From NCBI GenBank assembly GCA_042408785.1, contig JBHOQU010000032.1:26798-90797 (forward strand): 64,000 nt of DNA, written 5' to 3'. Under the pieces are notes generated by a model that had not been told where the DNA came from, searched no databases, and worked only from the letters and a program-made list of their open reading frames with translations. This stretch comes from Dehalococcoidia bacterium. Its GTDB lineage: Bacteria; Chloroflexota; Dehalococcoidia; JAUQQI01. Shown in pieces: positions 46,796-55,688 of the stretch. The first letter of the stretch is position 1; the number at the start of each line of letters is the position of its first letter. Position numbers and translations under genes: made by a program.

Positions 46796-47590
46796 ATGAC
46801 CCTGCGCGTCCTGGTAACCAACGACGACGGCATCTACGCCCCCGGCCTCTGGGCCCTGGCCCAGGAGCTGGTCAGGGACTTCCGGGTCTACGTGGTCGCC
46901 CCCGACCGGGAGCAGAGCGCCATCGGGGCGGCCATAAGCCTTAACCACCCCATCCGGGTGAACCGCCTGCCGGCCATCATGAGCGGGGACCTGGAAGCCT
47001 ACTCGGTGGAGGGGACGCCGGGCGACTGCGTCATAATGGCCATCAACAGCCTGTTTAAAGACGGCATCGACTGCGTGGTTTCGGGCCTGAACGAGGGCTC
47101 CAACCTTGGCAACGACGTCCTCATCTCGGGAACAGTTGGGGCCGCCCTCCACGGCTACTTCCTCGGCCGGCCGGCCTTTGCCCTCTCGATAAACAGCCTC
47201 CGGCCCGAAAACGTCGAGCCTGGCGCCCGGCTGGCTCGCCTCCTCGTCCGGCTGGTGGCCCAGGGCCAGCTGCCCGAAAAGATTCTGCTCAACATAAACC
47301 TTCCAGACCTGCCCCTGGGGGCGATCCGGGGAATCGAGGTCACCTACCTGGCCCGGCGCAGCTACACCGACATTATCGAAGAGCACGTGGACCGCAAGGG
47401 CCGGAGCCTTTACTGGATAACCCGGGGCAAGCCCGTCTGGGAAGAGGAGGAGGGCAGCGACATCTGGGCCATCCGCCAGTCAAAGGTCTCCATAACCCCC
47501 CTCGAGGCCGATGTGGCCAGCCGGGAACACATCGACCTGCTGCGCCGGCTGGTCCCCGACCTCTTTTCGGGCCTGCTTAACCTGGACTGA
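46796..47590 (+). CDS. surE: 5'/3'-nucleotidase SurE
   Basis: MTLRVLVTNDDGIYAPGL N-terminal SurE signature. Confidence 0.9.
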   Translation: MTLRVLVTNDDGIYAPGLWALAQELVRDFRVYVVAPDREQSAIGAAISLNHPIRVNRLPAIMSGDLEAYSVEGTPGDCVIMAINSLFKDGIDCVVSGLNEGSNLGNDVLISGTVGAALHGYFLGRPAFALSINSLRPENVEPGARLARLLVRLVAQGQLPEKILLNINLPDLPLGAIRGIEVTYLARRSYTDIIEEHVDRKGRSLYWITRGKPVWEEEEGSDIWAIRQSKVSITPLEADVASREHIDLLRRLVPDLFSGLLNLD

Positions 47591-47596
47591 CCGGCG

Positions 47597-48355
47597 TCAG
47601 TCCAGGTCGCCGAAGTGGGCTAGGACGAGGGTGAGGGCGACGATGGCCGCCGTCTCGGCCCGGAGAATCCGGGGCCCAAGGCCCACCGGGATGATGTTGT
47701 GGCGGCGGGCAAGCTCCACCTCTTCCGGGGTAAAGCCGCCTTCGGGTCCGATAAAGAGGGCCACCGAATAGGGCCGGCGCACGCCGGCCCCCGGCCCGGT
47801 GGCCTCCGCCAGGGCGGCCCGCAGGGGCCGGACATCTCGCCCCTCGTAGGGGATAAAGGCCAGCTCGTGGACGGACCGGCAGGCCTCCTCGAAGGTAACA
47901 GGCTCGTGGATTTTCGGCACCTTTCCCCGGCGGGACTGCTCGGCGGCCTCGGTTACGATCCGCTGCCAGCGCTCAAACTTGCCCCGGGCCGTCGGGTCCG
48001 GCGGCTCGGCCACGCAGCGGGCCGTCACCATCGGCACAAACCCCACCGCCCCCACCTCGGTGCCCTTCTGCAGCAGCCAGTCGAAACGGTTGCCCTTAAG
48101 GAGGGCCTGGAAGAGGGTGACTTTAACCTTTGGCTCGGTCTCAACCAGCCGGCGGCGCTCCACCCGCCCGGCGGCCCCGTGCCGGTCGAGCCGCTCCAGG
48201 ACCACGTCGAATTCCCAGCCCGAATTGTCGAAGACCACCACCGAGTCACCCGCCGAGAGGCGCAGCACGTCCCGGAGCTGGTGGGCCTGGGTCGGGTCGA
48301 ACTCCACCAGGCGGCCCTTAATGCGCCCGGGCGGGACGAAGAACCGGTGGGTCAC
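47597..48355 (-). CDS. rsmE: 16S rRNA (uracil1498-N3)-methyltransferase RsmE
   Basis: THRFFVPPG start pattern and IGPEGGFTPEE SPOUT motif. Start moved to the GTG at V17 so it does not overlap prmA. Confidence 0.75.
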   Translation of the reverse strand: MTHRFFVPPGRIKGRLVEFDPTQAHQLRDVLRLSAGDSVVVFDNSGWEFDVVLERLDRHGAAGRVERRRLVETEPKVKVTLFQALLKGNRFDWLLQKGTEVGAVGFVPMVTARCVAEPPDPTARGKFERWQRIVTEAAEQSRRGKVPKIHEPVTFEEACRSVHELAFIPYEGRDVRPLRAALAEATGPGAGVRRPYSVALFIGPEGGFTPEEVELARRHNIIPVGLGPRILRAETAAIVALTLVLAHFGDLD

Positions 48356-48363
48356 CGCTTGCC

Positions 48364-49272
48364 TTAAGCCTCCCCGGGCCGGGTGAGCGCCAGCGCCGTC
48401 CATTCCCCGGCCGTCCGCCGGTCCAGGGGATGGAGGCCCAGGCCGGCGTAAAGGTCGGTCAGCTCGTCGGCCCGCCCGACCAGCAGGCCGGACATCACCA
48501 GCCGGCCGCCGGGGCCCACGGAGGGGGCCAGGGCCGGGGCCAGCTCCCGGAGAACCGGGGCGCTCAAGTTGGCCAGGATCAGGTCGAAGGGCCCGGCCGG
48601 GCCCTTGAGGGTGCCCCGGACGACCCTCACCCGGCCCGAAAGCCGGTTGAGGCGCACATTCGACCGGGCCGCCTTGACGGCCAGGGGGTCGATATCCAGG
48701 GCCAGGACGGAGCGGGCCCCGAGCCGGGCGGCGGCGATGGCCAGAATCCCGGAGCCGGTGCCCAGGTCCAGAACCGCCTCGCCGGGGCGGAGGAGTTCGG
48801 CCGCAAGGTGCAGGCAGAGCTGGGTGGTGGGGTGCAGGCCGGTCCCGAAGGCCAGGCCCGGGTCGATGAGCAGGAGGAGGCCGTCGGCCGGGACCGGGGC
48901 CTCGGCCCAGGGGGGTGCGATGATGAAGGGCCCGACCCGGTGGGGCTTAAAGTGCGCCTTCCAGGCGTGGGCCCAGTCCGCCTCGGCCAGGGTCCGAACT
49001 TCAGGCTCGGGAAATTGGGCCACCTGGCGCAGGTGCCAGAGGGCCCGGATAAGCCGGCCCAGGCGGCGCCGGCCAAGGGCGTTTTCGGGCAGATAAGCCC
49101 TGACCACCACCGGGGCGGTGGGGTCTATCTGATAGCCGTCGCCCTCGGGGTCGGGGCGGATGGGCTCCTCGATGGCCACCCCGCCGTGGCCGTAGCGGCC
49201 CATGACCTCGGCGATGGCGTCGGCGGCCTCCCGGCCGGCCGCCACGGAGACTTCCAGCCAGTTTGCGGTCAT
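48364..49272 (-). CDS. prmA: Ribosomal protein L11 methyltransferase
   Basis: Start at MTANWLEVSV; DLGTGSGILAIAAARLGA SAM-binding motif. The N-terminal extension to 49446 in the listed ORF is unsupported. Confidence 0.85.
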   Translation of the reverse strand: MTANWLEVSVAAGREAADAIAEVMGRYGHGGVAIEEPIRPDPEGDGYQIDPTAPVVVRAYLPENALGRRRLGRLIRALWHLRQVAQFPEPEVRTLAEADWAHAWKAHFKPHRVGPFIIAPPWAEAPVPADGLLLLIDPGLAFGTGLHPTTQLCLHLAAELLRPGEAVLDLGTGSGILAIAAARLGARSVLALDIDPLAVKAARSNVRLNRLSGRVRVVRGTLKGPAGPFDLILANLSAPVLRELAPALAPSVGPGGRLVMSGLLVGRADELTDLYAGLGLHPLDRRTAGEWTALALTRPGEA

Positions 49273-49400
49273 TTCAAGCGGGTTCCCAACAACTATTTTG
49301 GGGCGTCGCGGCCGGCCAGAACAAGCCCCCCGTTTGGCGGCCCCGCAGCCTTCGAGTTGTCCACTGAACTGCTGGCAGACAGTGGCCCATTTAGTCGCAT

Positions 49401-49420
49401 GGGCGCACGGCCGTGCGCCC
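49401..49420. repeat. Perfect 20 nt palindrome GGGCGCACGGCCGTGCGCCC (palindrome-family copy C) in the prmA/aspS divergent intergenic region
   Basis: Self-complementary over 20 nt. The core GCACGGCCGTGC recurs at 14851-14864 and 14996-15012. Confidence 0.55.
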
Positions 49421-49557
49421 CTACAGACTACCTGATCGCCCCCCAATAACCCTTAGGCCATAAAACTGGAAAGCCCTGCGTAAAGACCGTGGGCTTTCGG
49501 CTGATACGCAAGGATGCTAAGCTTAATATTGACACCCGTGGTAGGAGACGGAGGTCG

Positions 49558-51375
49558 ATGCTCAAATCCCACAGTTGCGGCGAGCTTCGCCCGGCCCACG
49601 TCGGCCAGGAGGTGACCCTGGCCGGCTGGGTCCACCGGCGCCGGGACCACGGCGGCCTCATCTTTATCGACCTGCGGGACCGCTCCGGCCTGGTCCAGGT
49701 GGTGGCCAACCCCCAGGTCGCCCCGGACGCCCACCGGACGGCCGACCTCTGCCGGGCCGAGTACGTGATTCTGGTGGGCGGCACGGTAAGCCGCCGGCCG
49801 CCGGGGACGGAAAACCCCAACCTGCCCACGGGCGAGGTAGAGGTGGTGGCCCGGACGCTCCGGATCCTTTCGGCGGCCCGGACCCCGCCCTTCCCCATCG
49901 CCGACGAGCAGTCCGTTGACGAGTACGTGCGGCTCAAATACCGCTACCTGGACCTGCGCCGGCCGAAGATGCAGGCCAACCTCCTGCTCCGCCACCGGGT
50001 CATCCAGTTCATCCGGGACTACCTGGACGCCCGGGGCTTCTTGGAGGTCGAGACGCCGATCCTGACTAAAAGCACCCCGGAGGGGGCGCGGGACTACCTG
50101 GTGCCCAGCCGGGTCCATCCCGGCAAGTTTTACGCCCTGCCCCAGTCGCCCCAGCAGCTCAAGCAGCTGCTCATGGTGGCCGGCTTTGAAAAGTACTTCC
50201 AGATCGCCCGCTGCTTCCGGGACGAGGACCTGCGGGCGGACCGCCAGCCCGAGTTCACCCAGCTCGACCTGGAGATGAGCTTCGTTGACCAGGACGACAT
50301 CTTAAACCTCATTGAAGCTTTAATCACCGAGCTGGTTCGGACCGTAACCCCCGAGTTTAAAATCCGGGTCCCGTTCCCCCGGCTCACCTTTCAGGAGGTT
50401 ATGGACCGCTACGGCACCGACCATGCCGACCTGCGCTTCGGCCTCGAGCTGGTGGATGTGACCGACATCCTGGCCGAGACCCAGTTCCAGGTCTTCCGCC
50501 AGGCCGTGGCCGCCGGCGGCCGGATAAAGGGGATCCGGGTGCCTGGTCAGGCCGGCATCAGCCGGCGGGAGGTGGAGGAGCTGGCCGCCTACGTCCGACC
50601 GTTCGGCCTTGGGGGTCTGGTAAGCGTGGCCGTGGAGCCCTTTACCGGCCGGGAAGGGCAGATCCGGGTTGGGGAGCTCGGCGTCCGGTCGCCGGTGGGC
50701 CGCCACCTCACCGAGGCCGAGTTTGCGGGCCTCATCGGCCGGTTCGGGGCCGAGGCCGGGGACCTGATCCTGCTGGGGGCCGGGCCTTACCCGGTAGTCT
50801 CCCGGGGCCTTGCCGAGCTGCGGGAGGAGCTGGGTCGCCGGCTGGGCCTGGCCGACCCGAACCTGCTGGTCTTCGCCTGGGTGGTGGACTTCCCGGCCTT
50901 TGAGTTTAAAGAGCAGGAGAACCGCTGGGATGCGGTCCACCACCCCTTCACCGCCCCCAGGGACGAAGACCTGCCCTACCTGCTCACCGACCCCGGCCGG
51001 GTCCGGGCCAAGCAGTACGACCTCATCTGCAACGGCCACGAGCTCGGGGGCGGAAGCATCCGCATCACCGACCCGGAGGTCCAGCGGCAGGTCTTCCAGG
51101 TGATGGGACATACCCGCGAGAGCATCGAGCGCCAGTTCGGCCACCTGCTCACCGCCTTTGAGTACGGCGTGCCGCCCCACGGCGGGATCGCCATTGGGCT
51201 GGACCGCCTGGTTGCCCTCCTGGCCCGGGAACCCACCATCCGGGAGGTTATCGCCTTCCCGAAGACCAAGGATGCGGTGGACCTGCTTTTCGGGGCCCCC
51301 TCGGAGGTGAGCCCGGAGCAACTCAAGGAGCTACACATCAAGGTGTGTCTGGAGGACTCAGGGCAACCACGATAA
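49558..51375 (+). CDS. aspS: Aspartate--tRNA ligase
   Basis: MLKSHSCGELRPAHVGQEVTLAGWVHRRRDHGGLIFIDLRD N-terminal OB fold; class II motifs FRDEDLRADRQPEFTQLD and GLDRLVAL; bacterial GAD insertion. ATG at 49558 with a GGAGG RBS. Confidence 0.93.
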   Translation: MLKSHSCGELRPAHVGQEVTLAGWVHRRRDHGGLIFIDLRDRSGLVQVVANPQVAPDAHRTADLCRAEYVILVGGTVSRRPPGTENPNLPTGEVEVVARTLRILSAARTPPFPIADEQSVDEYVRLKYRYLDLRRPKMQANLLLRHRVIQFIRDYLDARGFLEVETPILTKSTPEGARDYLVPSRVHPGKFYALPQSPQQLKQLLMVAGFEKYFQIARCFRDEDLRADRQPEFTQLDLEMSFVDQDDILNLIEALITELVRTVTPEFKIRVPFPRLTFQEVMDRYGTDHADLRFGLELVDVTDILAETQFQVFRQAVAAGGRIKGIRVPGQAGISRREVEELAAYVRPFGLGGLVSVAVEPFTGREGQIRVGELGVRSPVGRHLTEAEFAGLIGRFGAEAGDLILLGAGPYPVVSRGLAELREELGRRLGLADPNLLVFAWVVDFPAFEFKEQENRWDAVHHPFTAPRDEDLPYLLTDPGRVRAKQYDLICNGHELGGGSIRITDPEVQRQVFQVMGHTRESIERQFGHLLTAFEYGVPPHGGIAIGLDRLVALLAREPTIREVIAFPKTKDAVDLLFGAPSEVSPEQLKELHIKVCLEDSGQPR

Positions 51376-52849
51376 GATCGTCCCCCCCGAGGCGGCGGGC
51401 GTAGGCCGTCCGGATTTCAAAGACCACCGGCAGGTCCGGCCGCCCAACCAGGTTCGGATACCAGGCCGGGAAGAACACCAGGTAGTCGGCGCCCCGCCGG
51501 CGCAGCTCGGCTACCAGCCGGTCCGGGTCCCGAACGGAGTGTATAAGTTCCGGGTTGAGAAGGCCGGCCGTGTCGATTAAGGTTCGGCCGCCGAAATAGC
51601 CCAGGGCCCCCACGTCGTGGGAGGCGATGACCGCCCCGGGTGGGATCTCCGTCCGGACCCAGCGGGCAACCCCCAGGTGCTCGTCGTTGATCCAGCGCAC
51701 CTCGAGGCCGTAGTTTCGGGCCGCGGCCAGGTCAAAGAGGGCCATCGCAAAGAAGACAATCTGGGGAAACCAGCGGCGGACGATTTTCAGCCCAAGGCCG
51801 GCAAGGGCGTGCTCAACGCCCAGCAGGCCGCCCACCAGCAGGGGCGGCAGGGCCGGCTGAAGGTAGCGGCCGTGGTGGAAGGTGGCCGGAACCACCTGGG
51901 ATAAAACGACCAGGAGGACCGGGGGCCAGAGGATTAGGGGCACGGTTTCGGGCCGGCGGCCGAAGCGGGCGGCCGCCACCAGAAAGCCGGGGCCGACCAG
52001 CAAAAGCGGCCCCCGGATAAGTTCCGTCAGGGCCGTCGGTAAGAAGAAGCCGAGGCTGGCAAGCCCCCGACCCCCGCCGTACCCCACGTACTTGGCCAAA
52101 AAGGTGCTGGGGAGCGGACTGCCGGTCACCTGCCAGTTCCAGAGGCCCACCGGCCCCACCAGCAGGGCCCAGACCAGGGCGGCCGCGGCCGCCCGGAGGG
52201 CCAGAGGTCCAGGGCCGTCCGCCCGGGCACCGTCGGCGGCAGCCCGGGCCAGGCCCACTAGGCCGGCCAGCAGCCCCAGCTCGGGCCGGAGCAGGGTGCC
52301 CACGGCGGCCGCGGCCCCGAAGAAGGCCCAGCCCCGCAGGTTCTGGGGTCCGGAGAGGCCCCAGGTGAGGAGCACCAGCACCACCCAGACGGCGGCCGCC
52401 GTCTCCATTCCCGAAAGCCCGGACCAGAGGATGTGCGCCTCCCCGGCCACCAGCAGCCCCGCCCGGCCGGCCCAGGCCGAGTTGGGGGCCAGCCGGCGGG
52501 CCAGTCGGGCCGCCTGATAGCCGGCCAACCCCACGAAGGCCAGCCCCCATCCCAGGGCCCACCCGACCGGGTCGACCCCGAGCAGGTGGCCCACGGCCAT
52601 CAGCCAGGTCCAGAGGGGGGCGGTGGAGGCGGCCACCGGCCGCCCCTCGGCGTAGTACATTCCCCCCAGGGCGAAAAAGTTCCGGGCGATGGTCTGGTGG
52701 ATCCAGGGGTCGTCCAGGGGAAAACCGTAGCCGGTGCCGGCGTAAATCCGGACGCTCAGCAGACAGATCAGGCCGAGGCCGGCGGCAAGCCCGAAGGGGG
52801 CAAGCTCCGCCCAGAGTCGACCGGTCACCGGACCTTCTTCAGCGGCCAT
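51338..52849 (-). CDS. GT-C-fold polytopic membrane glycosyltransferase (ArnT/PMT-like, GT39/GT83-type), paralog 1
   Basis: Over 10 predicted TM helices. The first-loop motif FPLDDPWIHQTIARNF resembles the DE/DD motif of GT-C enzymes. The ORF extends to 52918; an internal Met start was chosen. Confidence 0.55.
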   Translation of the reverse strand: MAAEEGPVTGRLWAELAPFGLAAGLGLICLLSVRIYAGTGYGFPLDDPWIHQTIARNFFALGGMYYAEGRPVAASTAPLWTWLMAVGHLLGVDPVGWALGWGLAFVGLAGYQAARLARRLAPNSAWAGRAGLLVAGEAHILWSGLSGMETAAAVWVVLVLLTWGLSGPQNLRGWAFFGAAAAVGTLLRPELGLLAGLVGLARAAADGARADGPGPLALRAAAAALVWALLVGPVGLWNWQVTGSPLPSTFLAKYVGYGGGRGLASLGFFLPTALTELIRGPLLLVGPGFLVAAARFGRRPETVPLILWPPVLLVVLSQVVPATFHHGRYLQPALPPLLVGGLLGVEHALAGLGLKIVRRWFPQIVFFAMALFDLAAARNYGLEVRWINDEHLGVARWVRTEIPPGAVIASHDVGALGYFGGRTLIDTAGLLNPELIHSVRDPDRLVAELRRRGADYLVFFPAWYPNLVGRPDLPVVFEIRTAYARRLGGDDLIVVALSPPDTP

Positions 52850-54015
52850 AAGGCCTGACGGTGGACTTCGGCCAGCGCCGCCCCGGCCACCAGCGCCGGG
52901 TAGACGGCCCAGACCCACCAGCCGTCAGCTCGGAGGCCGATGACCAGGACGGCCGGGAACCAGACGAGCCCGAGCCAGAGGATAAGGCCGGGGGCCGATC
53001 CGGCCCAGCCGCTCAGGAGCCAGCCGAGGGGAATCAGGAGGGCGACCAGGTCGAAAATCCCCACGTGGGGGGTGAGGAGCAGGTTCAGCAGGAGCGCCCC
53101 GACCAGGCCGGCCCAGGGGAAGTCGTCGGACCGGATGATTTCGCCGGCCGACCGAACCAGAAGCCACCCCGCCCCCAATAGGCCCAGGACGGCCGGGAAG
53201 GTAAAGGCGTAGGCCGGCTTCCAGGTTACGAAGCTCGGGCCGACGTTAACCTCGTACCGGGCAATGGCCGCAAGAAAATCGCCCACCCACCACCCGGCCG
53301 GCAGGGAGGTCAGCAGGGTAAGTCCGGTCAGGCAGGTCCCAAGCCCGGCCGCAACCCCGAACCGCCGGCGGGCCGCGGCCCAGCCGAGGACGAACAATAC
53401 AGTCAGAAACGAAACCGAGGGCTTCACGGCTGCCAGGGCCAGGACGGCCCCGGCCGGCACATCCCGGCCGGCGCGTAACAGGCCCCAGGCGAGAGCCCCC
53501 AGGCCGACGACCGCCAGGCCGTACTGGCCCACGACTACACTGAGGACGGCCGGCCAGAAAAGGGCCAGGCTGAAAAAGACTACCCCGAGGCTAAGGGGCG
53601 GCGGCCGGGGCCAGGCCGCCCAGGCGACCGTAAGGCTCAGGGCCAGCAGAAGGGCAAGGTTGACGCCGCCCCAGACCCGGACGGCCGCCTCCAGGGGGAG
53701 GGGCAGCAGGGGCCCGACCAGGGCCACGATATATGCCGGGTAGTAAAAGCCGAACTGGGGCTCTTCCGGCAGCCGGGATCGGCCGTAGACCGTCTGGTGG
53801 ATTTCGGCCTCAACCTCGGGACCGTAGGGGTTCTGGCCCCGCAGGAGGGCCCGTCCCCCAACCCACCGGGGATAGAGGTCCACCCCGAAAGGCCAGAAGA
53901 TTACCCGCCCGGTCCCCACGTCGACCCGAGTGGCCCGCTCGGGCAGACTATCCCCCAGCTGCCAGGCTGCCGGCAGGCCTGCCCCCAGGGCCACCAGGAA
54001 GCCCAGCAGGGGCAT
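52825..54015 (-). CDS. Polytopic membrane protein, possible glycosyltransferase (DUF2029/GT87-like)
   Basis: Start taken at MPLLGFLVALGAG, followed by many TM helices. The N-terminal part of the listed ORF overlaps the upstream gene and was trimmed. Confidence 0.45.
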   Translation of the reverse strand: MPLLGFLVALGAGLPAAWQLGDSLPERATRVDVGTGRVIFWPFGVDLYPRWVGGRALLRGQNPYGPEVEAEIHQTVYGRSRLPEEPQFGFYYPAYIVALVGPLLPLPLEAAVRVWGGVNLALLLALSLTVAWAAWPRPPPLSLGVVFFSLALFWPAVLSVVVGQYGLAVVGLGALAWGLLRAGRDVPAGAVLALAAVKPSVSFLTVLFVLGWAAARRRFGVAAGLGTCLTGLTLLTSLPAGWWVGDFLAAIARYEVNVGPSFVTWKPAYAFTFPAVLGLLGAGWLLVRSAGEIIRSDDFPWAGLVGALLLNLLLTPHVGIFDLVALLIPLGWLLSGWAGSAPGLILWLGLVWFPAVLVIGLRADGWWVWAVYPALVAGAALAEVHRQALWPLKKVR

Positions 54016-54107
54016 AAGCCAGACCCGGTCCGATAAGGTTCGGAACCCGGCCACCGGCTCGGCAGTCTCCCGGCCGGGGACGTCAGACGGCCTGCGCCTC
54101 CGAATGC

Positions 54108-55688
54108 CTACTCCTCCACCCGAAAGATCTTTATCTTGCCCACCTGTCCGGCAAGCCGGAACCGCGGGCTGGCCTGCGGGTCCTGCCAGAGGGGAAGCCA
54201 GGGCTCGGGGAAGGCCGGCTCCAGGATAAGGTATTTTGCCCCGTAGCGGCGGCAGACCTCCCAGGTGGTCTCCAGGTCGTTGTTGGCCACCACCACGGCC
54301 GGGATGCCGCTCGAGTAATAATAGGCGGGCGGGTCCACAATCATCACCGGGTCGGCAACCCCCTGCTGGCGGAACCAGGCGGCCACCGCCTCGTAGGCCC
54401 AGAACCGGAGGTCCCACTCGCCGGCGGCCCGGATGCCGAGGCCCACGCTGGCCGCCACGAAGCCGCCGACAAAGATCAGCCCGACGTTCCGGACGGCCCG
54501 CTCCGGCTCCCAGCGGGGCCGGTGCCGGGCGACCCAGCGGATGGCCTCCTCGAGGCCCCGGGCGGCGGCCACCCCGAAGAAGGGCAGCCCCACCACCCCG
54601 CTGTGAAACAGCGTGCCCCGGGATGACGGGAACGTAAAGACCAGGGTGAGCACGACGAAGAGGGCGGCCACATAGGCCCAGGCCAGGAGAAAAGCGGGGT
54701 CTCGGCGCAGCCGCCAGATGCCGAGGAGGCCGAACGGCAGCAACAGGATTAAAGAAACACTCAGAAAGAAATTGAGGTTCTTAAAGGCCGCATTAATTTT
54801 AGAATTTACAATCGAATCAAAGCCCCAGGCCAGATAATAGTTGGGCCCGAGCTCGAGACCGTAGCTGAAAACCTCGTTGTAGTCCCGCAGCCAGGCAACC
54901 TTTAACCCGCCGCCCGGCAGGGGCGTTCCGAAAGTCAGCAGGTTTCGGGCCCACCAGGGCCCGGCCGCCAGGCAGAAGCCCAGCACCGCCAGGGCCGCCA
55001 GCCCCAGCCGCCGGCTCAGGGCGGCCTTGAACCCCGGCCGTAGGACCCAGCCGGCGACCACGGCCAGCAGGAGAGGCCCGTCGGGCCGGGTCAGGTAGCC
55101 GAGGCCGCTCAAAACCCCGGCCCCGACCGCCCCCCAGCCCCCCGACAGCGGCAGGTTCCGGGCCAGGTAAAGGGCCAGCGCCCCGGCCAGGCCGAACAGG
55201 GCGAAGTTGTCGGTTCCGTGCCAGTAGATAAAGTAGCTTCCGCCGGCCCCGGTGATTGCCGCCGCCCAGAGGCGTGGCCACGCCGCCGGTGCCGGCCAGA
55301 CCCGTCCGGCCAGGTGGTAGGCAAACACCGGCAGGGCGGCCGAGGCCGCCAGGCTGGGCAGCTGGGCCGCCCGGAAGGACTCCCCCAGGAGGCCGAAGGC
55401 CCCGGCGATGAGGATTGAGGTAAGGGGCATCCAGTAGTCGTTGCTCGGGTGGGTTATGGTCGGGGGCGGATTCAGCCAGTTCCAGATAATGTCTTCAACG
55501 AAGCCCCGGCCTAAGTAAAGGTTGCGGCCGACGTGATAGTAGTAAAACGCGTCCATGTAGCCCGGTTGGGAGACCAGCCGGGCCCCAAGGAGCCGCAGTC
55601 CCAGGAAAACCGCAAAAATAAGCAGGTAAGGCCGGCTCACCGCAGCCGGTAAAGGCCGTACTCGGGCCGGTCTGGGGTGCCGCCCCAC
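54108..55688 (-). CDS. GT-C-fold polytopic membrane glycosyltransferase (ArnT/PMT-like), paralog 2
   Basis: Loop-1 motif GYMDAFYYYHVGRNLYLG (D-x-x-Y-x-H-x-x-RN), multiple TM helices and a large C-terminal periplasmic-type domain. Confidence 0.55.
   Translation of the reverse strand: MGRHPRPARVRPLPAAVSRPYLLIFAVFLGLRLLGARLVSQPGYMDAFYYYHVGRNLYLGRGFVEDIIWNWLNPPPTITHPSNDYWMPLTSILIAGAFGLLGESFRAAQLPSLAASAALPVFAYHLAGRVWPAPAAWPRLWAAAITGAGGSYFIYWHGTDNFALFGLAGALALYLARNLPLSGGWGAVGAGVLSGLGYLTRPDGPLLLAVVAGWVLRPGFKAALSRRLGLAALAVLGFCLAAGPWWARNLLTFGTPLPGGGLKVAWLRDYNEVFSYGLELGPNYYLAWGFDSIVNSKINAAFKNLNFFLSVSLILLLPFGLLGIWRLRRDPAFLLAWAYVAALFVVLTLVFTFPSSRGTLFHSGVVGLPFFGVAAARGLEEAIRWVARHRPRWEPERAVRNVGLIFVGGFVAASVGLGIRAAGEWDLRFWAYEAVAAWFRQQGVADPVMIVDPPAYYYSSGIPAVVVANNDLETTWEVCRRYGAKYLILEPAFPEPWLPLWQDPQASPRFRLAGQVGKIKIFRVEE

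Noticed and set aside
48430-49449. 339 aa plus-strand ORF antisense to prmA, plus many 60-170 aa Arg/Pro-rich ORFs throughout the track
   Set aside because: Composition-driven open frames in about 70% GC DNA. None has a plausible RBS and start together with recognisable motifs.
49273-49557. Canonical T-box riboswitch upstream of aspS
   Set aside because: Only a partial GUGGUA match and one hairpin with GAC in the loop. No complete T-box sequence or terminator/antiterminator pair was found, so it is reported only as a low-confidence candidate.
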